Shown here piece after piece: positions 11,048 to 22,700 of a DNA stretch of 64,000 bases (positions are counted from its first letter, which is position 1; each line of letters starts with the position of its first letter). The notes below the pieces were generated by a model. The model did no database searches and was not told the origin of the DNA. It saw only the letters and a list, made by a program, of their open reading frames with translations. The position numbers and the translations under genes are program-made. This stretch comes from Epiperipatus broadwayi (taxonomy: Eukaryota > Animalia > Onychophora), in NCBI GenBank assembly GCA_028023455.1, contig JAQFVV010000009.1:5704001-5768000 (forward strand), in the 5' to 3' direction.

Positions 11048-12318
11048 TTTATCTTTTCAGCATATATGTGTTTAGATGTATCAGTGTTATTAGATAGATT
11101 GGAGAGAGGTGGGTGGTGTGAAAGTCTGTGCTCATATACCTATATTACATATATATATAGCCACAGGTATATAACAAGCTTGTGTTTCAGTTATGCTGCT
11201 TTTATCAATTTGGTTCAGTAAATGACTCAAGTAATCAAAAAGATTTGCTAAGATATTTGAAAATAGCAAGTGGGCCACATGAATTTTTACCAATTTCTTT
11301 ACATTATATAGTGCTACATGATGGTATGAGAAAAAGTTTTAGTAGTATTGGAAAATTTGAGGTATTTGGAATGAAAGCTGATATATATCCTGATAATTTT
11401 TTTCATATTTTATTTGCTTATATCACAGCCATAATATATAATTTTTAATCCATTAGTATAAATTTTCTCTATCTATATATATATTTGCCTACATCATTTC
11501 TTCTCTCCTTGGAATAATTGGTAAGGGTTAGAGCTGTAAAAAAATGTGTATGCATAGAATATACTCACAATAATTAGTATCTCACTGTTTTAATGAATTT
11601 TGCAATCAGCTTTAATTCGTGAATCCAGTTAGATTAACATTTACTTGCTTCTAATTTAATTAAAAGCGAGAGAAAAAGAAACACCTTTGTTTTGTAGTAG
11701 ATTTGAAATCTGTTTTAACAATATAAATGTCAAAATTTAAATTTTTTATTTTGTAAATAAAACTGGAAATTGTCAGTTAAAAAGAGCAAGGACTAAAAAA
11801 TTCAAACAATGCTTCTTTATCATAATATAAACCGTTTAAAAAAAAAAACCCATAAAGTTAATTCTCTTAGCAACAACAGAAGGTAAGATTTAAGACATTT
11901 TAAACATAATTAATAGAAATGTAAGGCAATTGTATAAAGCACTAGATTGAGATTGGCTGCTCAAAAAAAAAAAAAAAAATTACTGTTAATTGGCTATTAA
12001 ATATAGTAATGATTCCTTATTAAGATCTGAAAAAAGATTAAATAAAAAATAAATCAGCACATTAGAAACTGATATTAGAATACAAATACTCATGTCTCTC
12101 AATTATATTTCATTTCAACAAAAAAATTTTATTAGTAATAAATAGTGATTACATTTTGATAATGGATAAGTTAATGAATAACTTGTACAATAATATTATA
12201 AAAAGTTCTGATTAAACATATGGCTAGAATATGTTAGTTAGTGGTTGTTATACACTTATGTGGTTAGGTATAATGAAGGGTTTGTGTAGAATATGAGAAA
12301 CTGAGAACTTGATGAATG

Positions 12319-12480
12319 TTATAGAAGAGATATTATTTTATGGTCAGTCTTATAGTGATGTTTGGTTTCGCCCATAAGAAGTATATGTGGGGAGCAGAGT
12401 GAGAGCCAGTTTTTAATAGCAAGAACTCTATCGATTGAGTTGATGCCGCGAATGTTTATGCCAGCTATTTTGCAGAACAT
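12319..12480 (-). pseudogene. Stub of ORF2: N-terminus of an APE-type endonuclease (53 aa; not in the ORF track)
   Basis: MFCKIAGINIRGINSIDRVLAIKNWLSLCSPHILLMGETKHH.. resembles LINE APE motif I (xNxRGxN) and motif II (normally LQET). The ATG is 6 nt after the ORF1-tail stop. Confidence 0.75.
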
Positions 12481-12486
12481 GATAGA

Positions 12487-12720
12487 TTAATCCAAACCGT
12501 CCTCAGCAAAGTGATCCAAGTGAATGTGGGACATCTCTATATTAATGAGGTCTGATGTTGTTAGGCAGTCAGAGACTTGTGATTGAACTTGTAGATGGCT
12601 TGGTGATATATTTGTTGGTTGAGGAATCGCATCCATGAAGTCTTCGGTGTCTGATGGAGTAGAGTAATCTGTCTGAGAATCATCGGGAGAATCAATGGTA
12701 TCTAAGGTTGTAAGATCCAT
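12487..12720 (-). CDS. Acidic C-terminal tail of ORF1 in the -1 frame
   Basis: Adding one A to the A6 run at ~12731-12736 fuses the frames (..IEKKRKTMDLTT..). Confidence 0.6.
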   Translation of the reverse strand: MDLTTLDTIDSPDDSQTDYSTPSDTEDFMDAIPQPTNISPSHLQVQSQVSDCLTTSDLINIEMSHIHLDHFAEDGLD

Positions 12721-15083
12721 GGTTTTCCTCTTTTTTCTATGGATTTGTGAAGCTTTGAGTTGGATTTCTCGGAGATGTGCTCTTCCGAGGGGGGTGGTGA
12801 GTAAAGTACCTGGTGGGAGCTGTCATTATCAGAGCTTGATTTATCTGAGCGAATTGATTTTCTTTTAATTTTCTTAATTGTATTTTGGGTATTTGTTGTG
12901 TCAATTTTTTGAGGATTTTGAAGTTGATTAGTGTTGTTTTCCTTTTCCTGTTCTTTTGATAGTAGTGTTATTTTATTGTCATAAGATTTTTGTTCGAATT
13001 TTAGACTTGAGACATTCTCTGTTTGCTGTAACAGTTGTGAATCTTCGATCATGCTGACTTTCGGGTTGGGTGTTTGATGGATCTTTTCGTCTGGTAGGTT
13101 AATTCTTGCAGGAGTTGAAGAATTGCAGATAGTTTGTGGTTCACTCTGTTTAGGGTTGTTATCAGTTGTTTTAAGCTGGTTAGGAGTTATATTGGAAGAA
13201 TTGTTTTGACATTTTTTGAGTGTATTTTCTTCATCGCCTGGGTTTATCTTGTTCTCTTTAGATGGTTTGGTCATATTATCTTCTTTTGTAGAAAGAGTTT
13301 GACCTGATATTATTTCTTGGGGATTAGTATAAGTTGTTTCGAATGTTTGATCTTGAGTATTATTAGTTTGCGTGATTGGTTTAGGAGCAGTATTTGTTGT
13401 TGTTTGGTTCTCTGATTTACTACTATTAGTGTAAAGGTTGACGTTTGTTCTTTCTTGAATATTTTCATTTTGAAATATAGTTTTGGATGTGGAAGGTTTT
13501 GTTGGAGGATTTATTTGAATCTGAATATCTGGGTTTGTGAGGTTGCTGTTTGAATTAGTCCTATGTGATGATTGTCTATTTAAGGACTTGTTAATAGGTC
13601 TACCAGGACATTTGTGAAATTTATTCATTTTAATACCACAGTGTGTGCATATTCTTGCTGCACAGTCTTTAATGAGGTGTGTTCTTTGAAGGCAGAAGAA
13701 ACATTGTGGATGTACTCCTCTGAATGTCAAAACCATAGGAGAGCCTCTTGCTGTAATAATAGTGGGTATGTCAGTGGGTATAATGTTTTTCTTTAATGTA
13801 AGTGTGAAGGTAACTGTATTGGACAGGATTTGATCTTCGAAGTGAGGATTTAATAGGTGTTTAAATTTGCTAACTGAACCATAATTAATAAGGATGTCTT
13901 GTATTTCTTGTTCATTTAAGTGGGCAAGGCAGTTTTGAATTCTGCCAGATAGTGTAACTGGACGGTTCATATCTATGGAGCATAGTATATAATTTCCTAA
14001 AGATTTGTAGTTATTTTTAAAATTCATTCGGTCTGCCCACGTTTTAAACTCTACGATCACATAGCGGTCATTGGGATGATTAAGGATCATGTGAATGCCT
14101 CTGCCTAATTGCTTTTGATTGATTAGACTGTAGAGTTGTTCTACAGGGAATTTATATAAAGCACATTGATGATTTGTTATGGCTAAGATTAAAGACTTAT
14201 CGCTGTAATAGTTTGCAAACGATTTATATAGAGAGTTGGGTATCGTTTTGTTGAACTCATTGTTTATTTCTAGGAACATATCATCGTTAATATTGTTTAT
14301 ATTAAAAGAGACATTTTCCTGCGTGTTTGATTCTTTTTCTATGTCTAATTCTGTGAAATTCAAATATAATTCGTTGAGATTATCGGCCTTAATATTTTCA
14401 GAGATGCTCTCAGAATTTTTTGACCTTACGATATTTGCGTACGTAGTGGGATTTTCCAATATTGATATTGAGGTAATTGGTTTAGCTTGCACGTTAGCTG
14501 ATGTAGCAATGGATTGTTCTGAGCTAAAATCTTTGATTGTTTTAGAATGAAATTTATCAGTTTTATAATTTATTTCTTCTTTTTTATTTTTAAATTTACT
14601 GTTGACAAACGGTACTGACACAGTACTGGTTTTGTCGACCTCTGGTGGAAAATGTTTTACTTTAAAAATTTCGTCGGTATTATTTTGTTGGTAATTTTGT
14701 TTATTTCCAGATATAGTTTTAATTGAATTGTTGGGCAAAGGAAATTGCTCATTATAATCTTCTGTGGTTGAGTAAAGGCTTCGGAGAGGTAATGATTGGT
14801 TTTCGCTTGTATCAATAGTTTCGCTTGACGAGATATTTATTCTATTGTTTGTATTAGGGGTAAGTTGAATATTTTCTAAACTTTTGTTGATATTTGCAAT
14901 GGAATTTTCTTTTGATTTACTCATTTGTGGGTTTTTATTTGTTGTAACGGGTGGTTTAGATGCATTTAGATTAGATCTAAGGCTATACAATTTACGGCCG
15001 ATGACCGCATTGTTGGGTTGAATGCTGAGATCGGGGCTTACTTTATTTTTAGTTTTATCGGTTATATTATCACTTTCCATCAT
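12702..15083 (-). CDS. LINE ORF1 (gag-like): RRM-like region plus CCHC zinc knuckle, flanked by low-complexity N/T/S/Q tracts
   Basis: 793-aa open frame. CFFCLQRTHLIKDC fits CX2CX4HX4C and is followed by a second Cys/His cluster (CTHC..FHKC). DRYVIVEF and EIQDILINYGSV fit the Tx1/L1 ORF1 RRM-like layout. Confidence 0.85.
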   Translation of the reverse strand: MMESDNITDKTKNKVSPDLSIQPNNAVIGRKLYSLRSNLNASKPPVTTNKNPQMSKSKENSIANINKSLENIQLTPNTNNRINISSSETIDTSENQSLPLRSLYSTTEDYNEQFPLPNNSIKTISGNKQNYQQNNTDEIFKVKHFPPEVDKTSTVSVPFVNSKFKNKKEEINYKTDKFHSKTIKDFSSEQSIATSANVQAKPITSISILENPTTYANIVRSKNSESISENIKADNLNELYLNFTELDIEKESNTQENVSFNINNINDDMFLEINNEFNKTIPNSLYKSFANYYSDKSLILAITNHQCALYKFPVEQLYSLINQKQLGRGIHMILNHPNDRYVIVEFKTWADRMNFKNNYKSLGNYILCSIDMNRPVTLSGRIQNCLAHLNEQEIQDILINYGSVSKFKHLLNPHFEDQILSNTVTFTLTLKKNIIPTDIPTIITARGSPMVLTFRGVHPQCFFCLQRTHLIKDCAARICTHCGIKMNKFHKCPGRPINKSLNRQSSHRTNSNSNLTNPDIQIQINPPTKPSTSKTIFQNENIQERTNVNLYTNSSKSENQTTTNTAPKPITQTNNTQDQTFETTYTNPQEIISGQTLSTKEDNMTKPSKENKINPGDEENTLKKCQNNSSNITPNQLKTTDNNPKQSEPQTICNSSTPARINLPDEKIHQTPNPKVSMIEDSQLLQQTENVSSLKFEQKSYDNKITLLSKEQEKENNTNQLQNPQKIDTTNTQNTIKKIKRKSIRSDKSSSDNDSSHQVLYSPPPSEEHISEKSNSKLHKSIEKRGKPWILQP

Positions 15084-15103
15084 ATAAAATGATTAAAAAG
15101 TTG

Positions 15104-15113
15104 ACTTACCTTG
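15104..15113 (-). promoter_or_regulatory. Consensus splice donor CAAG|GTAAGT in the element 5' UTR
   Basis: Forward strand reads acttaccttg; the donor is ~26 nt upstream of the ORF1 ATG. Confidence 0.5.
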
Positions 15114-15199
15114 AATAACAGACGTAAAGGTAAAGGGACAGTCGTCCCGTCTTCCTAAAACTGTAAAACACTAAGGGACGCTTTTTAAGACTAGTTACG

Positions 15200-15211
15200 A
15201 AGATGGCTGCC
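15200..15211 (+). promoter_or_regulatory. YY1-like motif (AAGATGGCTGCC) 11 nt inside the element 5' end; possible internal Pol II promoter
   Basis: Matches the AAGATGGCnGC consensus. The element starts with the pyrimidine-rich CTTCCACTTTT. Confidence 0.4.
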
Positions 15212-15539
15212 AAAAGTGGAAGTGTCTCTCAATTATATTTAGAATGGAATACTGTATTTAATTCTAATTCTGAGCCAGTTATTTTGCATAAAATGTCAAA
15301 TTTTATATCATAATTAGAATATTTACAGTAAACAAACACTGTTTCCTTTAAATAATCATTATGGGTTATCTCATTATGTTTATAGTGAAAGGATTAAATA
15401 TTTTATGCTTTGCAATTCCCAATTGAGAAGATGCAGAGAATATTTAATTACATACAATACATAAAAGTGATAAAATTTGTGAATGCAATTTATTTATATA
15501 TATATTAAAAGAGGAATGCAACAGTTAAAAAAACAAGAC

Positions 15540-15860
15540 TGGATTTGAATGTGGGTAGTTACATCATCCATTTTTTTTGTGTGTGTGGTTACATCATCCA
15601 TTCAGTTAACTATGCAAACTATCAGATGATAACTTCCTGCAGCCATAGACATTGAGCTATAATAATGAGGAAAAAATAAAGTTACTCAATATGATATGCA
15701 TATAAATGTGGAGAAGGTTTGAATGTGAGTGGTCCATTCACTTAAATATGTAAATGATCAGATGATAACTACCAATAGCCACAAAGCATTGGCTATAATG
15801 ATGATGAAATAATAAAGTTGTTACTCGATATGATGTGCATATAAACATGGAGAAGATTAA
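15540..15860. repeat. Degenerate ~140-bp tandem repeat
   Basis: atcagatgataact..gcc..gctataat..aataaagtt..actc.atatgat.tgcatataaa..tggagaag occurs twice (~15621-15718 and ~15757-15856). Confidence 0.7.
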
Positions 15861-16454
15861 AATTTTAGTGATATCATGAAATTGTGTTATTGTCTATTAA
15901 ATTAGAAAATAAGATAGAATAGGTGTATCCCTTTGAATGTCTTAAGTTAATTACAGAAAATATGTACACTTCATTATTCTTTCCTATAACTTTAGATTTA
16001 AAGATTTTGATATCAATAAGTCTCATTCTTCACCTAGAAGGTGCATTTTATGATATCAAAATCTTTAAATCTAAAGTTATAGGAAAGAATGATGAAGTGT
16101 ATATATTTGGTCAGTGGCTTTGTATGATAATGAGATGATGGAAACCATTTGAATTAGGGTTTGAGAAAAATGAAACTATTAGTTGGATAGAAAGAAAAAA
16201 TCAAGATCATTAATTCACGAAACTGCAATGAGAAGATACAATGGCATAATGAAAAATGTGCTGGATGAGAAAATTAATGCAAAAATCACTCGAGAGGTAG
16301 ACTGAATTTCATTTTCTGTCAATCAGTTGTGTATGGATGCAAATGTTAAGATTATGCTAACTAAAAACTCTGTCGGAAAATTGATTTGTAGGCTGTCTTA
16401 ACATTAAAAGAACCCATCAATTCCAGAAATGAATGATTGATTGTTTCAGTGAAT

Positions 16455-16760
16455 ATATGTATATTAATCCATGAGTGCTATCAGCTAATTGTTATATTTA
16501 AGTCATATATAACACATAAATCAATAGATAAGTCAATAAAAAATAAGCAATCTGTTGTCAAAGGTGTATATATTAAACCCATGAGTGCTATCAGTTAATT
16601 GGTTATATATTAAACATAAATCAAAAGATAAACCAATAAAAAAATAAGCAAATTGGTGTCAAGGTAATATTATGATTAGATAGAAAATGGAAACTACATT
16701 TGTTATGTAATTGTAGTGATGCCTTGACAGCAAATTCTTATATTCTATTGATGTATTTAA
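16455..16760. repeat. ~110-bp tandem duplication followed by a short inverted copy
   Basis: tatattaa.ccatgagtgctatcag.taattg..cataaatcaa.agataa..caataaaaaataagcaa..tgtcaa occurs twice. Inverted ccttgacagcaaattctta at ~16722-16740. Confidence 0.7.
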
Positions 16761-19700
16761 ACTTGAGGGCTAGTATATGGTTTTTATATATCTTCTAGTT
16801 CTTAATTTCTTTTGTTTATTATTTAGATATCTGGCAATACTTTTAAGAATTTATATGCCATTATGCTGAAAGTCATTTCATCAAAGATAATTTAGAATCT
16901 TACATTAAAAATTAATTTCCAGATGTACAAAGATTAATGAAGAAGTTCTTTATTGCTAATGTAAAACGAACAAGTGAAAAAATCACAAAATATCAAGAAA
17001 AAACTATGTAAATGTATATGCTTTATTGATGATAGCAAAGCCCTTCACTATAATTAATTATGGAGCATTTTTAGGAAAATAAATTACCTGACCATTTCAT
17101 TGTTTTTATAAGTAATTATTTATTTGTAGGTGAATATGGATTTATAACTCTAGAAAAAAAAAGGAGAAGGGGGAATTTCTGTGAATAAAAAGTTAAAAAA
17201 TTTTTGTGATAACTATACAAACCAAGTATGACTAACAAATATGTCTGCATTTATCATATATTAGACTTTAGTTAGTTTGACATGAAGTGATGTTATTTTT
17301 AAATTTTTCTGCAGAAAAGTTTTTTTTTTTTGAAAAATTTAGATAATCTATATTCGACCATATATTTTTAGGATTCTTTGAGACTACTTCTTTTCTGAAC
17401 ATCAAGTTCATCAAAAAATGCTTTTATTAGGAAATCTTGCTTTTCATTCTTTTTACATATCCAATCACATAAAAAAATATCCTTTCAATATTAAATTCAA
17501 TCATATTTATCTAGCTGAAGAGTTGGTCAGTATTTTGATTTTACCACCATATTTTTAAAACATTACTGAGCATTTTTAAATGAAAATTATCCAGTGCTCT
17601 GTTCTTCCAATTAGGGTTCATGTCTATCTTTTTACAATATTGCACAATAATTATCACTACTTATACCCAATTAATTGTAACTGTTGTACCTAAAGTAGTA
17701 ATGAAAATAATCATTTTTGGGTATATTTGAGTGATATTGTGAATCATGAGTTTTTAGCTAGATAACAAATCCCACGACAGTCCAAATCTAAGAAAAAGCA
17801 TATTAGCAAAATGTAATAAAATAATATTGATATTGAAAAAAAAAAAAGATAATATCACTATTAAAAACATAATTTAGACAGCACTAGAATTGACTGCAGG
17901 ATCCCACATTCAGAGTTTGACGCTATCACTATGTTATGCGGAATATGTGATAACTGTATTTATAAAATATCTTTAATAAATCCAATAATCTATTATACAA
18001 GTATTCACAATTATTATGAGTTAATATTTTTAAAATAAGTTTATTTTTAAATAAATTATTAATAATAGTGTCATTGTTTAATATAAATTAAAATATTTAA
18101 ATAAAAGTTATTTCCTTGAAAGGAATCCATTACTACAATAATTTTAATAATAGTAACATAATCTCTTCTGAATGATCCATTCTAAAATACCAATATGAAT
18201 TGTTCCATTTATCATAGTTGTTATGCAGCATATTTTGAGAAATTGTCATAAAACTATGTAAAAAAATAATCTCATATTTAATAAAGATAAAAAATATTTA
18301 CAATCAGAATGTGTTATTAACAATGGGGTGATTTGGAAATCTAAACATTTTCATTTAGATATAAATTTTATTAATGTGGTAACATGATAGCCCTTCCATT
18401 TGATGAGAAGTTTTTGTGTAGACAATGTGCACATCCTTATGTGGGAGCCCTACATGTAAATATTTTTGCTTTGCCTTTGGATTCACTGATTTATGATTTT
18501 GCTGATAATATTGCTGTCTTGTGATGCTATTTCATATGATCTTGATCAAATGATTAATAAGGATGTGGCTTTAATTAGTAACTTGCTTATGCTAAACTGT
18601 CTTAATAGCAATGAGAGATTTTTTTTATATAAAATGTAATGCAATAGTATATGTACCTGTGGTAATATTGTGTTTTTGATGTCTATTGTTATTTGAGTAA
18701 TTTTTATTCATTCTAGGTGATCTTTTTCAAGTTGTATGGTGATCTTTTTCAAGTTGTATGGCTTATCTATATTCTCGGTTATGCCAGATTAATTATTTTT
18801 TTAGTATTAATTTGCTTTGTTTAATTGTTCTATTCAGAAATTGTATCTTCTTGGATTATAGTTTGCATAATTTTTTCATTTTTAATTTGTTAGACTGAAT
18901 ATTATATATATTTGTAAACATTTATCTTTTTCCATCATTTTATTTTCTATAGACTACTCATGTCATATGTAGGTCTGTGTTAACATTAGGATTGATCAGA
19001 TTTATTCTGAAATTCATTTCATATTTATTTTAAAATGTTTAGAATAATTATCAAGTAATTTCATTTACTTACTGCATGATACTTGTTTAAAATTTGATGT
19101 TTTTTCATTATTAATACTATCAATTTTAGAAGAATCTTTTTTTGGTCAAGTGATCAGTTAATATAGTTTAAAAAAAACTATAATATATATGTAAAAACAA
19201 ATTGAAAACTCAATTATCTCAACAATTTCATTGTGAAGAAACTAAGATGATTGTCTATGTATGTATATATAAATATATCATTGATAGTAGACATTAATTC
19301 TTTTCAGAATGAATCATAAATGTAAGTCATCTTTTGAATTAGCAATGGCAACTCAATCAATGGCATTCTGCAAATCTGAAAGATAAGTTGTTTTTGTTTT
19401 ATTTGGTTTAAATGAAATATACCACTAACAATAATTTTTATTAATCATTTATTAGACTAGAGTTTATCCACTTAATGAATAATATTTTTTGTAGTGTAAA
19501 ATATTATACCACTATCAAAATTATTGAATCACAATGTTTGTTTCATGAAGCTGTTTATAAATTATTCCAGAAAAAAATAAAAATGAAAATTAACATTGAA
19601 ACTAGTATGCCATTCCTGTTTAACATCATTTTCTATTTCAAAAAGTCTCAAATGCTTTCTCTCCTACGATCATGTAGAAACATTATTACATGATTATAGA

Positions 19701-22700
19701 AGGAGAGTATAAATCATATTTTTGCTTTTGAATTTTTATTTACATTTTTACATCTACTATTGGCAGCAACATGTTTGAAAAAAGCCTTTGAGAATATCCT
19801 TGCTGTAATAAATAATAATGATGTTTCATAATAATTACTTAACTCTTTTCTATTTCGGTTATGAACAAAGATAATAGAAGCATCTTTTATGACTTCATAT
19901 ATTTTTAAACAAATTCCAATAGTCTGAAGATAATATATCTCTACCATATTTTAAAATTTCTAAGTACTTCCATTTATTTTTAATATTATAAGAAAATCTT
20001 TTTTTTAACATCAAGCTGAGTAATCTGTCCAAATCCAAATGACTTCTAGTTTACTGAAGTGTTTCCAGACTACTTTTTAAAAGTGAAAAACACATCTAGA
20101 CCAGTGTATTACATCAAATGAGCTGCAATTTGAAAGAGGTTAAATTTCTAATACTTAAAAATAAATAAGCAATTACGAAAACTTTTAGATACCCTCTCAT
20201 ATCATTGTTATATAAAAGAAAGCCATAGATTGATATTTAATAAAATAATATTTTTTAGGTTCCAGCATTAAAAGTTTTTAAATGAGCACGATTAATTGAT
20301 GTCAGCCTTTTCTGCAACTATAATCCATCAATCATTTGTAATTCTTCTTGTCAGTAATACATATTGCTTATGAAATTCTACATTCATGTTGTTATTCTAC
20401 CTAGCAAAAAATATCTTGTTTGCTCTTAATTAAATCATAATCAAATCATTGATCAGAGAACTGTTTGGCTTTTTTTTTTTAGTGAGTCTAAGAACAGACT
20501 CATATCCACAATACACTTCTTAATAGGATTTCATGCCTCATTAACTAGACAAGGTATTCAAAGATTGTCTTTTAGATTCACAGGTACGACTTCTCTTTGA
20601 CTCCTAACTTTGTTTTGTTAGTGATACTCTTTCATTTTTATTTTAATTGTACTGGAATTTCGAACACTTCCATCTTTTTTTTAATCATTCAAAAAAGTCT
20701 TGATGACCTTTGGGGGAACAGTTGCATGCTTTTCTAGCATTCTTTTTTATGATATCTCATTCTCTTATTAACAAGTCCATCTATAGTAATATTCATAAAG
20801 GCATATTTTTTTGCAATCTCCAATTTTACCCTTTATATTCGTATAATTGCCTCTTTCATGTATTTGCAAGAAAATTGATAATGACTATTAAACATGTCTT
20901 CTAAAAAGTTAGATATTATAAAAATGAATACATGTACAATAATCTTTAAAGTAGTCATCTTGATTTACTAAAATATTTCACATATAATAAGTTCTAATAC
21001 TTTCCTATGTTCTTAATCCTAAATTGTAATTTAAAAGCTCAATTACACCGTGTTTTGATTTGACAATTTTAGTATTTGACTATTGCTGAAATTTAGCCTG
21101 AGTATCAGTTGCATCTAAATAAAAAAATATCAAAATTTCCTACTAATATTTTTTGGATTAGAGAAATTTTTAAATGCAACTACCATCTTTGATTTAGAGC
21201 ACAATAATTTACTAATCTATGATTTGTCCAACAGTTTCGTATAAATATTTGTGTAATATTTACTAATTTTAATATTCTGATTCCTAATCCCAAAATGACA
21301 TTGTTTTCAATATGGAAGTATGCAAATTTCTTATTTATGATTTTTTATCTAAATAATTTGTTTATGGAAATCAAATCATGTGTTGTGCAAAAATTTAATA
21401 ATAGAAGATTTGTATTGACAAGAACAATATTATTATTTTTAATAACATTTAAGCATAATTTATTATTCCAACTGACCTGTGCATTAAAGTCTCCAAGAAG
21501 AAAAGAAAATCAGTTTTTTGTTAATACTGACACAGCAGCACAGAGAATGAAACTATTTTTTTTCTGAAGCACAAATAAAATTAATATTGATACCAATATG
21601 CAAAATTTTTTTTAAAATTGTTGCTTTTCATAAATATATTTCAGATTTCCATGAATAATAAATTAGTATCTTTTAATATAATGTATTATCTTTTCACTAA
21701 TTGCTTTTCCAAAAACTTATAGCTTTAGTTAAACTATCTTTCACTTCCAAGACTAAATGCTATTCTCATTTAGATTCTAATGAAACCATATCAAACAAAC
21801 CTTGCACATTTTACTTACTTTATTACCACCATTTATTATATGCATTGCATTTACTGATACTGTAATTGTTTCTATCATCTAAACTAGCACTCTATCATAG
21901 ACTTCATAAGAAAAACCATTTTTGTGGAGCAGGGTCATAAGACTGCTTCAACATATATTCATTGTCTAATGAAACTTTTGGCTCAAATTCAGTTCCAGTT
22001 GATTGTATTGCCTCATGCAAAGCCATAACTAAGAAGTATCAGTCTATCAAATCTCATTATTGTTCTCAATGATGAGGATGTTATGTACTTTGCATATTTA
22101 TATATGTTTGCATTCATTAAAGCTTATTTCACTAAGAAAAATTTAAGAATTGGATAAAGAAATAAGATATTTATTTATTATAAACTTTTGTTTAGGTCAG
22201 ATGTGAATCTATGAGACTAAAGAATATTTAAAGTAAAATTGAGTAATAGCAAGTTATTTTTAATGATATAAGGAATTTAATTGTTTTTATTTTGCAGTGA
22301 AAGATTATCCTTATTATTATTTTAAATTTGAAATATCAAGAATGACAAACTATATCTTTAGTAATTATCAATTCTGATAGCCCAGTTTTAGTAGACAACT
22401 TGCTATCCAAGTTATACAATCATATATTAAAAGTATCATTTCTAAAATTTTATTACGTAGAAAGTAGAAAGCTAACAACTTTAATGGCTGAAATTAGCTG
22501 AAGATAACATCTTATTACTTATATGTCTTAGGAATAGAGATATTTTTATATATGCATCTCATGCTAATTAGTACTCTTTAAAAGTCTCAAGTCACAATAT
22601 CTTACTCTTGTCTTCACCATTTATTCAGTATTTATCTGTACCAAATTGTGATAATTTAATTAAAATGCTAAACTTATATATTAATCTTTATTTGAAGTTT

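Larger units (their letters stand above)
9717..11191. mobile_element. 1475-bp tandem plus inverted multimer of a 475-bp unit (family C), flanked by a 14-bp direct repeat
   Basis: Unit 1 is 9717-10191 and partial unit 2 is 10192-10575. The inverted arm 10579-11191 contains a ~80-bp internal duplication (10669-10747 / 10749-10827). TATGCTGCTTTTAT occurs at 9703-9716 and 11192-11205. Confidence 0.9.
12111..15222 (-). mobile_element. Non-autonomous L1/Tx1-type non-LTR retrotransposon (half-L1-like), 3112 bp, 18-bp TSD
   Basis: TGTCTCTCAATTATATTT at 12093-12110 and 15223-15240. Layout is 5' UTR, ORF1, ORF2 stub, then AATAAA ~20 nt from the 3' end. Confidence 0.85.

Noticed and set aside
13614-14550. 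Plus-strand ORFs inside the ORF1 element
   Set aside because: Antisense shadows of the long minus-strand ORF.
20571-20589. TTTTAG|ATTCACAG|GTACGA as an 8-nt microexon
   Set aside because: No host gene context, and such matches are expected by chance in 64 kb.
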